DNA of 64,000 nt from Akkermansia sp. (GCA_017471985.1 JAFURE010000086.1:385-64384); one strand, 5' to 3'; shown: positions 1 through 9,279, counted from the first letter of the stretch. The notes: generated by a model from the letters alone, not told the origin. Translations and numbers: made by a program.

Positions 1-1712
1 CAGTTGTCCGGCGTCACCATGCGCGAAACCTCGGCCGTGATTTCATCGTCCGTGAAGGGTTCGTATATCTTCTTGACCGGGTTACTGCGCTCTGCGGGCG
101 GCAGAGTGAGCTGTCGCTTGCATTCCTCGTACACATCGATGATGTGCGTGTACATGCCGCGTTTCTTCAGCAGGGTAATGGCTGCCTGGAAAGCAATGAA
201 CTTGCCCATTTCGCTCATGTCGATACCGTAGCAGTCGGGGTATCTTACCTGCGGGGCGGAGGATACGATGACAATCTTGCGCGCACTGCTTCGGGCCAGC
301 AGGCGCAGCAGGCTCATCTTCAGCGTCGTGCCGCGTACGATAGAGTCATCGATGGCTACCAGTACTTCGTCGTTGTTGACGGCACCGTAGGTCAGGTCGT
401 ACACCATGGCTGCGAGCTGTTTGCGGCTGCTTTCCTCGGAAATGAAGGTGCGCAGTTTTATGTCCTTGTGGGCGATTTTTTCTGCACGGGGCCAGCGGCG
501 GAGGATGAGCTCGTTGATGAGTTCCTCGCTCATGGTACCATTGCGATAGGCCTCAATCATGGCGGCCGTCACCTTGTTACGACGATAGGTGCGCAGACCC
601 TCCAGCAGACCGTAGTATGAGACTTCGGCCGTGTTCGGAATGAACGTGATAGCGGCCTTCGAGAAGTTGTCGTCCAGACTGTCCACCACCTGCTCGGTGA
701 GGTTGGCACCCAGTGCCTTACGCTCACGGTAAATAACCGGGTCATTTCCACGGGAGGTATACACATCCTCAAAGCAGCAGGGCGTCGGTTTGCCGGGTTT
801 GGTGTACTCCTTTATCGTGACGCTGCCATCGTACTTCACCACAATCATGTTGGCCGGGTCGAGTTCCTTCACATCACTTTCCTCAACCTCCATCACACTC
901 ATGAGCGGCACTCGTTCGCTGGCCACAGCCAGATACTCGTCCGTCAGCACATAATAGCAGTAACGTATGCCGTGCGGGTCGCGCAGGCAGAAGAAGTCAC
1001 CATTGCCTACACCACCCATGATGGTGTAGCCGCCGTCCCAGTCTTTGCTGGCTTTGCCGATGATGTCGTAGAGATCCAGTTCGGAAGAGATGATGTTGGG
1101 GATTTCGCACCCGTCGACATTCCGATCGCGAAGCTGGCGGTATAGGTCGGTGTGAGCCTCATCGAGATAGTAGCCGACTTCTTCCAGCAATGTCTGAATA
1201 TCAGTGCCAAATACCGGGTGCTGACCACGGGAAATGAGTTTCTGGTGCAGCTCAGATATATTGGTGATACCCATGGTGCCCTGCATCATGAGGGTACGGG
1301 TTGCCCAGTTGCTGCGGCGCATGTAAGGGTGGCACAGTCCCTCATCGGGCATAGCGCCGCCGGTTCCGTAGAGCAGGTGCCCCATGAGGACCTCACCACC
1401 GAAATTGAAATGGCGCTTGTAGCTCTCGGCATCTGCCCCCTTAATCAGCCCTTCATCCTTCATGCGGCGCAGGTTGCGCTGCTGATTCGAGAAAATATCG
1501 GTTATGGCTGAGGGCGAGGCATTTCTTGAGCGGTAGATGTAGGGCTCGCCCAGCGGCATGTTCAGCTTTATGCAGCCTATGCCGGCACCGTCCTGACCGC
1601 GGTTGTGCTGTTTCTCCATCAGGAGAAACAGCTTGTTGAAAGCCCACTCAGGGGTGCCGTACTTCTCCGCAAAATAGGAGAGCGGCTTAAGCAGGCGAAT
1701 TGCTGCGGACAT
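1..1712 (-). CDS. purF: amidophosphoribosyltransferase, long type; N-terminal ~570 codons, C-terminus lies beyond the left edge
   Basis: Missing from the ORF track because the reverse frame from ATG 1712..1710 stays open to nt 1. My translation starts MSAAIRLLKPLSYFAEKYGTPEWAFNKLFLLMEKQHNRGQDGAGIG. It contains DDSIVRGTTLK (PRPP loop) and YPDCYGIDM. It lies 21 nt downstream of purM, in the same frame. Confidence 0.88.
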   Translation of the reverse strand, partial: MSAAIRLLKPLSYFAEKYGTPEWAFNKLFLLMEKQHNRGQDGAGIGCIKLNMPLGEPYIYRSRNASPSAITDIFSNQQRNLRRMKDEGLIKGADAESYKRHFNFGGEVLMGHLLYGTGGAMPDEGLCHPYMRRSNWATRTLMMQGTMGITNISELHQKLISRGQHPVFGTDIQTLLEEVGYYLDEAHTDLYRQLRDRNVDGCEIPNIISSELDLYDIIGKASKDWDGGYTIMGGVGNGDFFCLRDPHGIRYCYYVLTDEYLAVASERVPLMSVMEVEESDVKELDPANMIVVKYDGSVTIKEYTKPGKPTPCCFEDVYTSRGNDPVIYRERKALGANLTEQVVDSLDDNFSKAAITFIPNTAEVSYYGLLEGLRTYRRNKVTAAMIEAYRNGTMSEELINELILRRWPRAEKIAHKDIKLRTFISEESSRKQLAAMVYDLTYGAVNNDEVLVAIDDSIVRGTTLKMSLLRLLARSSARKIVIVSSAPQVRYPDCYGIDMSEMGKFIAFQAAITLLKKRGMYTHIIDVYEECKRQLTLPPAERSNPVKKIYEPFTDDEITAEVSRMVTPDN

Positions 1713-1733
1713 ATAGTTACTTGGGGTTGTTGC

Positions 1734-2732
1734 TTACTTGCGAACTTTTACATTAATGCCCTTGCCCTCGCGCATGGTGCCGATAACGGTACCGCCGGGG
1801 CCAGCCGTGCAGGCTTGTTCCACCTGCTCGGGTTTTACGATAGCAACCCAACCGATACCCATGTTGAAGGTGTGGAAGCGGTCTTCGGCGTCCACGAAGC
1901 TGAGCACCTTCTGCACTGCAGCGTTGTCCCAGTAGGGGATTTCCAGGTCGGCACCCTTCTCGCCCAGGAAACGCTCGAGGTTCTCGGGCAGACCACCACC
2001 GGTGATGTGGGCGTAGGCCTTGGGGGTGATGCCGAGCTTGCGCATATCGTACACAACGTCATGGTACAGGCGGGTGGGAGCCAGCAGGCTGCGCAGCTCC
2101 TCCTCGGTGAGCAGGTCGGGGTTCTGCTTCAGAATGCGGCGCACCAGGCTCCAGCCGTTGGCGTGGAAACCATCGCTCGGGTAACCGATGAGCACATCGC
2201 CCACTTCTACCTTCGAGGGGTCAATCATCTGGCTCTTTTCAACGCAGCCAATGCTGAAACCGGCCATTTCGACCAGGTTTTCGGGAACTACTCCGGGCAT
2301 TTCGGCGGTCTCGCCACCGGCCAGAATGCAGTTGCAGCTTTCCAGATAGTCACACATACCGGCCACCAGGCGGGTAATGCGGGGTTTCTCAACCTCCAGG
2401 TTGGAAATGCCGAGGTAATCCAGGAACACAAGCGGGTCACCGCCCGTGGTCAGAATGTCGTTCACATTCATGGCCACCAGATCCTTACCTGCGGTCTCGA
2501 GCATATCCAGGTCAAAGAGGATTTCTGTCTTGGTACCCACGCCGTCGGTGCCGGTCACAATGACGGGCTCCTTGTAGGCGGAGAGATCGTATGCTGCCGC
2601 AAACAGACCGAAAGCATTGCAGAGCTTGCGGTTTTTCTGCGTGCGCTTAACGTGCGCGCTGATGTCGTTCACGAAAGACTGTGCCTCGATAGTATCGACG
2701 CCGGATTGCTTATATGTGAGATTGCCGGACAT
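1734..2732 (-). CDS. purM: phosphoribosylformylglycinamidine cyclo-ligase (AIR synthetase)
   Basis: ORF 1734..2792. The N-terminus MSGNLTYKQSGVDTIEAQ and the GTDGVGTK motif fit PurM. I trimmed the start to ATG 2732 because the TTG at 2792 lies inside the -35 box of the promoter at 2764..2792. Confidence 0.9.
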   Translation of the reverse strand: MSGNLTYKQSGVDTIEAQSFVNDISAHVKRTQKNRKLCNAFGLFAAAYDLSAYKEPVIVTGTDGVGTKTEILFDLDMLETAGKDLVAMNVNDILTTGGDPLVFLDYLGISNLEVEKPRITRLVAGMCDYLESCNCILAGGETAEMPGVVPENLVEMAGFSIGCVEKSQMIDPSKVEVGDVLIGYPSDGFHANGWSLVRRILKQNPDLLTEEELRSLLAPTRLYHDVVYDMRKLGITPKAYAHITGGGLPENLERFLGEKGADLEIPYWDNAAVQKVLSFVDAEDRFHTFNMGIGWVAIVKPEQVEQACTAGPGGTVIGTMREGKGINVKVRK

Positions 2733-2763
2733 AAATTGAGTGATATCGCGTGGATTCGCGCGG

Positions 2764-2792
2764 ATTATACTCTCTTTTTCCTCATTTGGCAA
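2764..2792 (-). promoter_or_regulatory. sigma70-type promoter of purM-purF
   Basis: On the minus strand: TTGCCA (2792..2787), 17-bp spacer, TATAAT (2769..2764). A 31-nt leader runs to ATG 2732. Confidence 0.6.
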
Positions 2793-2900
2793 GCCGTATT
2801 TTCGGGGCCGCTATCTATTTGTTCGGAATTCGGGGCGCTATCGGGGGCAATTTTTTCCGATTAAATGCCATCGGCGTAAGCGTAGGACAGGGCAAGCAGA

Positions 2901-2941
2901 AATAAAAAAGGCATGCCGAAAGAATGACTTTCGGCATGCCT
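2901..2941 (-). terminator. Rho-independent terminator of the 2959..3831 gene
   Basis: 14-bp stem AGGCATGCCGAAAG / CTTTCGGCATGCCT (2909..2922 with 2928..2941). On the minus strand it is followed by TTTTTTATT. Confidence 0.8.
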
Positions 2942-2958
2942 GATAGGGTTAAAATAAA

Positions 2959-3831
2959 TCAGTTGGCTGCAACCTGAGCTGCATTTTGCGGGGTTTTGCA
3001 GAACTTGCTGGTGTACAGGCAGTCGAGTACGGTGGGAAGGCCGCGCTTCATGCCCTCCATAGCCTTGCGGGTAACCTGGGGCAGGGCGCGCTCATCCAGC
3101 TTGCGCTGGCCGTAGAAGGTGCCGGCTATCTGACGGATGTTCTCCTCAATCCACTTGCTGTTGAAATCGGCACGTCGCGCGGCGCGGCTTACATCCACCA
3201 GTGCCTGGTGCAGGGCTTTCTCGGATGGCTGTTCTGCCCCCGTGCTGCCCAGCACAAAGATATCGTGGAAGTTAATGCTGCGCTGGGTGCGGAAACCCTT
3301 GCGAATGCTGCGCTCATGAACCACGGCGCCTACCATGGTGCCGTCGCTGTAGGTGGCATTCACCACGTATACGCGGCCGTTCACCTTGTCGCCCAGCTGT
3401 TCGCGCAGTGTGTCGCGAGCCATGCGGAAATTCTGCACGTCCTCCGGAGCCTGGTAGATGATGGCATCCACCGGGGTGATGTCGCTGTTGCCCGGCAGTT
3501 GCTGAGCCACACCCAGCAGCATTGCTGCCAGGTCCATTGCGCCGGGGTTGGTTGTTTTAAGGGGTACTTCGTAGGTGGAAATGTAGTTGGCAATGATGGC
3601 TCCCTTTCTGTTAACCAGCTGCATGGTTCTTACACAGAAATTCCCGAGCCGCTCACTGTCGGCATCCCATGTCACTTCGCCGCCACCCATCCAGCCGTTC
3701 GGCAGGGTGTAGGTTACGGCATTGGTCTTGCTTTGTGTGTCCTGCAAGACTACTTTGGTTGCAGCGCATACGCTGCCGGCTGCCATCAGAATGGCAGCTG
3801 TTGTCGCGGTGATAAGGGTTCTTGCACTCAT
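2959..3831 (-). CDS. hypothetical secreted protein (290 aa)
   Basis: ORF with signal peptide MSARTLITATTAAILMAAGSVCAA. It has its own leaderless-type promoter and a terminator. I recognise no family. Confidence 0.6.
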   Translation of the reverse strand: MSARTLITATTAAILMAAGSVCAATKVVLQDTQSKTNAVTYTLPNGWMGGGEVTWDADSERLGNFCVRTMQLVNRKGAIIANYISTYEVPLKTTNPGAMDLAAMLLGVAQQLPGNSDITPVDAIIYQAPEDVQNFRMARDTLREQLGDKVNGRVYVVNATYSDGTMVGAVVHERSIRKGFRTQRSINFHDIFVLGSTGAEQPSEKALHQALVDVSRAARRADFNSKWIEENIRQIAGTFYGQRKLDERALPQVTRKAMEGMKRGLPTVLDCLYTSKFCKTPQNAAQVAAN

Positions 3832-3840
3832 GACAACCTG

Positions 3841-3869
3841 ATTGTGTCAGAATTGTTCTATATTGTCAA
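3841..3869 (-). promoter_or_regulatory. sigma70-type promoter, leaderless geometry
   Basis: Minus strand: TTGACA (3869..3864), 17 bp, CACAAT (3846..3841), then 9 nt to ATG 3831. Confidence 0.55.
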
Positions 3870-3897
3870 TACTAAAGTATTCCTAAATTATTACGGA

Positions 3898-3926
3898 TTG
3901 ACAAAAATTAGATTTTGTAGTATAAG
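3898..3926 (+). promoter_or_regulatory. sigma70-type promoter of rlmI, leaderless geometry
   Basis: TTGACA (3898..3903), 17 bp, TATAAG (3921..3926), then GGCGCCGTT (9 nt) to ATG 3936. Confidence 0.6.
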
Positions 3927-3935
3927 GGCGCCGTT

Positions 3936-5120
3936 ATGGCAGGTCTTATCATAGCGCCCAAGGCGCGCATATTTCACGGGCATGATTGGGTATACGGCAC
4001 TGAGGTGCGCACGGTGTTCGGCAATCCGGCACCGGGGGATGTTGTGTTGCTCAAGGATCAGCGCGACCGTTATCTGGGCTCTGCCATGTACAATCCGCAC
4101 TCGCAGATTGTGGCACGCCGCTTCTCCCGTCGCAAGCAGGATTTGGATCGCGATTTTTTTGCCCGCCGCATATCTCAGGCCATGATGCTGCGTGAGCGCT
4201 GGTTGCCCGGCGAGGAGCTCATGCGCCTGGTGTGGAGTGAGAGCGATGGCCTGCCCGGTCTGATTGTGGACCGCTATCGGGATGTGCTGGTGGTACAGAC
4301 CCTCACCATAGCTATGTACCAGCGTCTGGGGCTTATTCGTGATATTCTGGGCGACCTGCTGCAGCCGCGTGCCATCATCGTGCGCAACGATTCCCCCATG
4401 CTGGTGGCCGAAGGTATTGAACCGCAGACGTATGTGGCCGCCGGCGATATGCCTGAGCCCTTCGTTGCCACAGGTCGCGGATTGAAGTTCATGATAGATC
4501 TGGCCACCGGTCAGAAAACAGGTCTGTACCTTGATCAGCTGCAGAACTACGCCGATGTGGCAAAGTTTGCCCGCGGGCGTCGTGTGCTGGACTGCTTCTG
4601 TAATCAGGGCGGTTTTGCTCTGGCCTGCGCCAAAGCCGGTGCTGCCAGTGTGACAGCGGTGGATATTTCGGAGGACGCTATCGCTTCCGTCCGCCGCAAT
4701 GCTGAGCTTAACGGCGTGCAGATTGAGGCAATTGCGGAGAACGCCTTTGACTTCCTGAAGCGTGAGAGCGATGCCGTGCGCAAGGGGGCCGACCCCAAGT
4801 GGGACCTCATCATCCTCGACCCGCCCAGCTTCACCCGTAACAAGAAGAGTCTGAGCGGCGCCATGCGCGGTTACAAGGAGATTCACCTGCGCGCCATGCA
4901 GATGCTGCCGGTGGGCGGTGTGCTCTCCACCTTCTGTTGCTCACACCACGCCAGTGCAGGGGCTTTTAAGCAGACGATTGCCGAGGCGGCGGTGGATGGC
5001 CACTGCACCCTGCGCCTGGTGGCTAACCATGGTCAGAGCCCTGACCACCCCGTGCTGCTCAATATCCCTGAGACCGAATATCTGAAGGGCTTCACCTTTG
5101 AAATGGTACCCGGTCGCTGA
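3936..5120 (+). CDS. rlmI: SAM-dependent 23S rRNA (cytosine-C5) methyltransferase, RlmI/YccW-like
   Basis: 394 aa. PUA-like N-terminus, then a class I methyltransferase core (VLDCFCNQGGFAL, LIILDPPSF). Confidence 0.8.
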   Translation: MAGLIIAPKARIFHGHDWVYGTEVRTVFGNPAPGDVVLLKDQRDRYLGSAMYNPHSQIVARRFSRRKQDLDRDFFARRISQAMMLRERWLPGEELMRLVWSESDGLPGLIVDRYRDVLVVQTLTIAMYQRLGLIRDILGDLLQPRAIIVRNDSPMLVAEGIEPQTYVAAGDMPEPFVATGRGLKFMIDLATGQKTGLYLDQLQNYADVAKFARGRRVLDCFCNQGGFALACAKAGAASVTAVDISEDAIASVRRNAELNGVQIEAIAENAFDFLKRESDAVRKGADPKWDLIILDPPSFTRNKKSLSGAMRGYKEIHLRAMQMLPVGGVLSTFCCSHHASAGAFKQTIAEAAVDGHCTLRLVANHGQSPDHPVLLNIPETEYLKGFTFEMVPGR

Positions 5121-5138
5121 ACCCGAAGTTTCTGAAAA

Positions 5139-7127
5139 ATGAAGTTTATCGCCAGACTGTATCCGTTTGTCCTGTTTGTTAGTTTGTGTGCTGCTCAGGA
5201 GCCGACTGCCCCTGCGGTGGTTGCAGTGCCTCAACAGACAGGGGTAACCATTCTTTCGTACAAGACTATCGGTACGGGGGAAAACGCTGTGTCCCCGGCT
5301 GATTTTGAGCGTGAAATGCTCTACCTCCGGGAATCAGCTACTCCGGTTATCAGTCCGACGGATTATCTGGCATGGCGTCAGGGCAGAAAGCAGTTGAGCG
5401 GTCACGCTGTGTTGTTGACCTTTGAAACGACAGATGCAGATTTTGCACAGTATGCCCTACCGGTGCTCAAGCGCTGCGCCTTCCCCTACATGGTGATGAG
5501 TGGGGATGCTGCTTTGCCCGGGACAAGCTGTAGTCAGGTGACCGGGGATGCATCGTTCGCGCACGCGGTGAACTTTGATTCCTCTTCACCCGATGATGAA
5601 GTGCTGGAAAATGTGAAAGCATGCACTCCGGCTGTGCAGTTGGTGCCGCAGAATGTGGTGCTGCCCGATTTCTCCGATGATGATGTGGCTGAGGAAGTAA
5701 GCGAAGAAGAAGCTGATTTAGTAGCCGACCCCGCCGGCACTGCACCGTTGCCCTCGACTAAACCGTTGCCACCTGAAGTGCCCGAGCCCGCACCTGCCGA
5801 GCTCGTACCTGCCGAGCTCGCACCTGTCGAGCCCGCACCTGCCGAGCCTGTGCCTGCCGAGCCTGCTCCTGCTGAGCCTGCACCTGCCGAGCCCGCACCT
5901 GCCGAGCCTGCACCTGCCGAGCCTGCGCCTGCCGAGCCTGCACCTGCCGAGCCTGCGCCTGCCGAGCCTGTGCCTGCCGAGCCTGCACCTGCCGAGCCTG
6001 TACCCGCCGAGCCTGGACCTGCCGAGCCCTCGCCCGCTGAGCCGGTTCCCGCTGAGCCAGCTATGCAGGATGATATGCCAGCCGTGACGCCTTCTCTCGG
6101 TACCTTGGGTAAGCGTACTCCTGATGGCGATTGGGTGACTGCTCAATTTAAGCAGCCGCTGGTTCCACGCGAGGAAACTCAGGTGGCTGTTCTCGGTTAT
6201 CATAATTTCAGCAAGACCAAGACCTGCACTGAAATGCGTATGAGTACGGCTGATTTCTGCCGTCAGATGCAGTTTATCAAGGACTCCGATATCTGCGTGA
6301 TATCCATGCAGGACTTCCTGGAGTGGCGTCATGGCACGCGCCGTCTGCCGGCAAAGTGTGTGCTCATTACCATCGATGATGGCTGGAAGAGTGTGTATTC
6401 CGATGCCTATCCCGTGCTGAAGGCATACGGCTACCCGTTCACCCTGTATCTTTATACACGGTATATCAACGTGAAGGGTGACTCGATGACTTCTGAGCAG
6501 ATTCAGGAAATGATGGCTCATGGTGCCACTATCGGCAGCCACTCCTCCAACCACCTCTACCCCAGTAAGTGGAAACGCTACAAGCAGGATTCCGCAGAGT
6601 ACGCGGCCCAGCTTCAGAAAGAATTGGTGGATTCCCGTACCAAGCTCATGAGTATGTTCGGGAATTGCTCCACATACTGCTATCCCGGCGGCTACAATAC
6701 CCCGCCCATGCATGAAGTGCTGGGCACAGCCGGTTATCAGGCCGCTTTTACCGTGCTCGAGAAGAAAGTACAGTGCGAGGAAGTGCAATTCCAGGTGCAC
6801 CGCTACATGGTGTTCGGTACCAATCACGAGATTTTCCGCCGTGCCGTGAACTTCGGTGGTCAGGAGAACGTTGCAGCCACGCGTGTTGCCATTGCCGCAG
6901 CCGAAAAGCCGGCCCGTGAGTTTTTCCCGTCGGCATTTGAAGGGTGCACGAACATGACAGTTTTCGCGCCTCCCTCTCCCAAAAAGCCCGCTGCCAAAAA
7001 GACAGCCGTTAAAAAGACTGCAGCCAAGTCAAAAGCCAAGACTACCCCAAAAGCCGCACCTGTGCCCGAAGCTGAGCCTTCACCGGCACCTGCTGCAGAG
7101 CCCATACCTGTCGGGAAATTGCCGTAA
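5139..7127 (+). CDS. secreted protein with two polysaccharide-deacetylase (CE4/NodB, PgaB-like) domains, a PAEPA repeat linker and a Lys/Ala-rich tail
   Basis: 662 aa with a signal peptide. The C-terminal domain has ITIDDGW and GSHSSNH (NodB motifs 1 and 2). The N-terminal copy reads LLTFETTD, so its motif is degenerate. The C-terminus is KKPAAKKTAVKKTAAKSKAK. Confidence 0.75.
   Translation: MKFIARLYPFVLFVSLCAAQEPTAPAVVAVPQQTGVTILSYKTIGTGENAVSPADFEREMLYLRESATPVISPTDYLAWRQGRKQLSGHAVLLTFETTDADFAQYALPVLKRCAFPYMVMSGDAALPGTSCSQVTGDASFAHAVNFDSSSPDDEVLENVKACTPAVQLVPQNVVLPDFSDDDVAEEVSEEEADLVADPAGTAPLPSTKPLPPEVPEPAPAELVPAELAPVEPAPAEPVPAEPAPAEPAPAEPAPAEPAPAEPAPAEPAPAEPAPAEPVPAEPAPAEPVPAEPGPAEPSPAEPVPAEPAMQDDMPAVTPSLGTLGKRTPDGDWVTAQFKQPLVPREETQVAVLGYHNFSKTKTCTEMRMSTADFCRQMQFIKDSDICVISMQDFLEWRHGTRRLPAKCVLITIDDGWKSVYSDAYPVLKAYGYPFTLYLYTRYINVKGDSMTSEQIQEMMAHGATIGSHSSNHLYPSKWKRYKQDSAEYAAQLQKELVDSRTKLMSMFGNCSTYCYPGGYNTPPMHEVLGTAGYQAAFTVLEKKVQCEEVQFQVHRYMVFGTNHEIFRRAVNFGGQENVAATRVAIAAAEKPAREFFPSAFEGCTNMTVFAPPSPKKPAAKKTAVKKTAAKSKAKTTPKAAPVPEAEPSPAPAAEPIPVGKLP
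5784..6062 (+). repeat. 15-bp in-frame tandem repeat (about 18.6 copies) encoding (E-P-A/V-P-A)n
   Basis: Unit GAGCCTGCACCTGCC, with third-position and A/V/G/S variants. It is read directly in lines 5761-6061 and lies inside CDS 5139..7127. Confidence 0.95.
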
Positions 7128-7142
7128 GTGATTTTTTTGACC

Positions 7143-7171
7143 TTGCATTACCCTGCGGGTGATGGTAAGCT
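7143..7171 (+). promoter_or_regulatory. sigma70-type promoter, leaderless geometry
   Basis: TTGCAT, 17 bp, TAAGCT (7166..7171), then 6 nt to ATG 7178. Confidence 0.5.
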
Positions 7172-7177
7172 TGCAGT

Positions 7178-7771
7178 ATGAAGAAACTCATTACTGCTCT
7201 TTTTCTGCTGTTTTCTCTTTGTCTGCCCGGAGTGCAGGCTGATTCCGGTCGTGCTGATGAGGTAATAGACGGGCTGTTGAAAGTAGGGGTGCAAGCTCTG
7301 AGAGTGCATCAGGAAAGTCGTGCTGCCAAATCTGCGGCTGAGCCTGCTGTACCTGAGCCCGAAGTGACGGCAGAAAGTGGCAAGCGCACCTGGCGCGACC
7401 GGGGGCGGGAGGCTCTCAGCACTCTTGTAACCGGTACTGCTGACGGACTGGGGGATAAGCCGCTCTCTGAAGTTCTGTCAGGTGCTGTGAAAAGTGCCGT
7501 TGATACGCTGATAGATGAGTACAAGGAGCAGTACAAGCAAGAGGGGCGGGAGTATGCTAAGGAGGTGGGCGACAAAATTGTGACCCGCGTCATCAATGAC
7601 CCCAAGATTTCCCACTCCATTTATTCTCTGCAGGCCTTGTGCTGGGGTGTCATCATATATCTCACGCTGGTAACACTGGTGATGGTGTTCAGCCTGCTGC
7701 ACCTCAAACGCTCAAACAATAAGCTCCTCGCAGTGATGCAGGAGCTCAGAAAGAATAAATCAGGAAGTTGA
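7178..7771 (+). CDS. hypothetical protein with a signal peptide and a C-terminal TM anchor (197 aa)
   Basis: MKKLITALFLLFSLCLPGVQA signal peptide. Hydrophobic segment WGVIIYLTLVTLVMVFSLL near the C-terminus. Confidence 0.55.
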   Translation: MKKLITALFLLFSLCLPGVQADSGRADEVIDGLLKVGVQALRVHQESRAAKSAAEPAVPEPEVTAESGKRTWRDRGREALSTLVTGTADGLGDKPLSEVLSGAVKSAVDTLIDEYKEQYKQEGREYAKEVGDKIVTRVINDPKISHSIYSLQALCWGVIIYLTLVTLVMVFSLLHLKRSNNKLLAVMQELRKNKSGS

Positions 7772-7779
7772 ACTTCTGT

Positions 7780-9174
7780 TTACTGTGCCAGAGCACTCAG
7801 CAGCTTGCTGTGTATGCCGCCGAAACCGCCGTTGCTCATGACCAGCAGCACATCGCCGGGGTGTACATGTGAAACAACGTGTGCCACGATGTCTTCAATG
7901 CCGCTGCCCAGATAGCACTCGGTGCCCATTTCGGTAATGTCGCGGCAGAGTTTTTCTTCATCCAGTCGCTCTTCCGGGCGCAGGCGCTTGTGGTTCTCCA
8001 CCGGGGAAATGACAGCGAAGTCTGCGGTGGCAAGTGCATCCGCCAGTTGCTGCTGGAACAGATTGCGAATGGTAGTGTTGCTGCGGGGGTCGAAGAGTAC
8101 CCACAGGCGGCTCTTGGGATAGCGCTGACGCAGGCCTTCCACGGCCTGACGAATGGCTGTGGGATGGTGGGCAAAGTCATCGACCACTGTCACGCTGTTG
8201 ACTGTGCCGCGAACCTCCTGACGGCGAGCCACACCCTCAAAGCTCAGGAAAGCTGCACGAATCTGGTCGGGAGTTAACCCGGCATTGCGGGCGGCACAGG
8301 TTGCCATGGCGGCGTTGCGTATGTTAAAGTCGCCAATCATGGGTATGCTGTAACTCTCGCCGTCCAGAGTAAAGGAACTGCCGTCGGTACGGTGCTCGAT
8401 ATCAGTGATGCGTAAATCTGCATTCTCCCCCATGCCCACGCTCACCATCTTCACCATTTTAAGCTCTTCAGCGGCATGTGCCTGCACATCGGCGCAGTTC
8501 GGGCAATCGGCATTGATGAACACAACACCCGTGCGGGGAACCACGCGCAGCAGGCGCTTGAAGGAGAGCTTAATCTCCTCCACATTGGCGTAGATGTCGG
8601 CGTGATCCATCTCGATGTTGTTGATGATGACAACCTCGGGCAGGTAATGCAGGAACTTGGAGCGCTTGTCGAAGAACGCGGTATCGTATTCATCGCCCTC
8701 GAGTACGCAGAAGTCGGAATCGGTGAATCGCCCGCCGCGCCCGAGATTGCGGGCTATGCCGCCAATCATGAAACTGGGGTTCATGTCGTTGGCTTCCATC
8801 ATCCAGGCCAGCATACTGGTCGTGGTGGTTTTGCCGTGGGTGCCGGTTACCACGTAATTGTGCTTACCCCACAGGAAGAACTCCTTCATGGTTTCGGGCA
8901 GGCTCATGTAGCGAAGGTTGCGCTCCAGCACGGCCTCCACTTCGGCATTCCCTCGGCTCATGGCATTGCCAATGACAATCATATCGGCCTCAGCAGGAAT
9001 GTTTTCGGGCTTGTAACCCTGGAAAATCCTTATTCCCTCACTTTCCAGGAATGTCGACATGGGCGGGTAGACATTGGCATCAGTGCCGGTTACGGTGTAA
9101 CCCTTGCGGGCCATGGCAGATGCCACAGCACCCATCGCGGTGCCGCAGATTCCGAGGAAGTGTACGTGCTTCAT
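7780..9174 (-). CDS. mpl: UDP-N-acetylmuramate:L-alanyl-gamma-D-glutamyl-meso-diaminopimelate ligase (murein peptide ligase)
   Basis: MKHVHFLGICGTAMGAVA...GTDANVYPPMSTFLE is a characteristic Mpl N-terminus. GTHGKTTTTS is the Mur-ligase P-loop. Start set at ATG 9174 (M17 of the ORF). Confidence 0.85.
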   Translation of the reverse strand: MKHVHFLGICGTAMGAVASAMARKGYTVTGTDANVYPPMSTFLESEGIRIFQGYKPENIPAEADMIVIGNAMSRGNAEVEAVLERNLRYMSLPETMKEFFLWGKHNYVVTGTHGKTTTTSMLAWMMEANDMNPSFMIGGIARNLGRGGRFTDSDFCVLEGDEYDTAFFDKRSKFLHYLPEVVIINNIEMDHADIYANVEEIKLSFKRLLRVVPRTGVVFINADCPNCADVQAHAAEELKMVKMVSVGMGENADLRITDIEHRTDGSSFTLDGESYSIPMIGDFNIRNAAMATCAARNAGLTPDQIRAAFLSFEGVARRQEVRGTVNSVTVVDDFAHHPTAIRQAVEGLRQRYPKSRLWVLFDPRSNTTIRNLFQQQLADALATADFAVISPVENHKRLRPEERLDEEKLCRDITEMGTECYLGSGIEDIVAHVVSHVHPGDVLLVMSNGGFGGIHSKLLSALAQ

Positions 9175-9279
9175 AAATTTTAGAGTCTGAGAGGTGAGCA
9201 AGGTTAACGTATTCCGGGGCATTTTGCAAGCGTTTTTTATGTTCGCCTGTATGCTCTTTTGTTATAGCTCGGTTTTCGC

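Noticed and set aside
2733-2792. 20-codon N-terminal extension of purM starting at TTG 2792
   Set aside because: The TTG is part of the -35 hexamer of a near-consensus promoter, and the PurM homology starts at ATG 2732.
1605-2864. 419-aa plus-strand ORF
   Set aside because: It is antisense to purM and to the purM promoter region, and has no recognisable motifs.
3891-4886. Minus-strand ORFs 3891..4886, 43558..44802 and 45206..46537
   Set aside because: They are antisense to rlmI and to the 891-aa and 319-aa/cstA genes. Their composition is typical of shadow ORFs.
5758-5988. Minus-strand QARQ-repeat ORF, and the idea that the 15-bp array is a CRISPR-like or non-coding repeat
   Set aside because: The repeats are contiguous with no spacers. 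They are in frame within a long signal-peptide-bearing CDS and vary mainly at third codon positions. The antisense ORF is a by-product.
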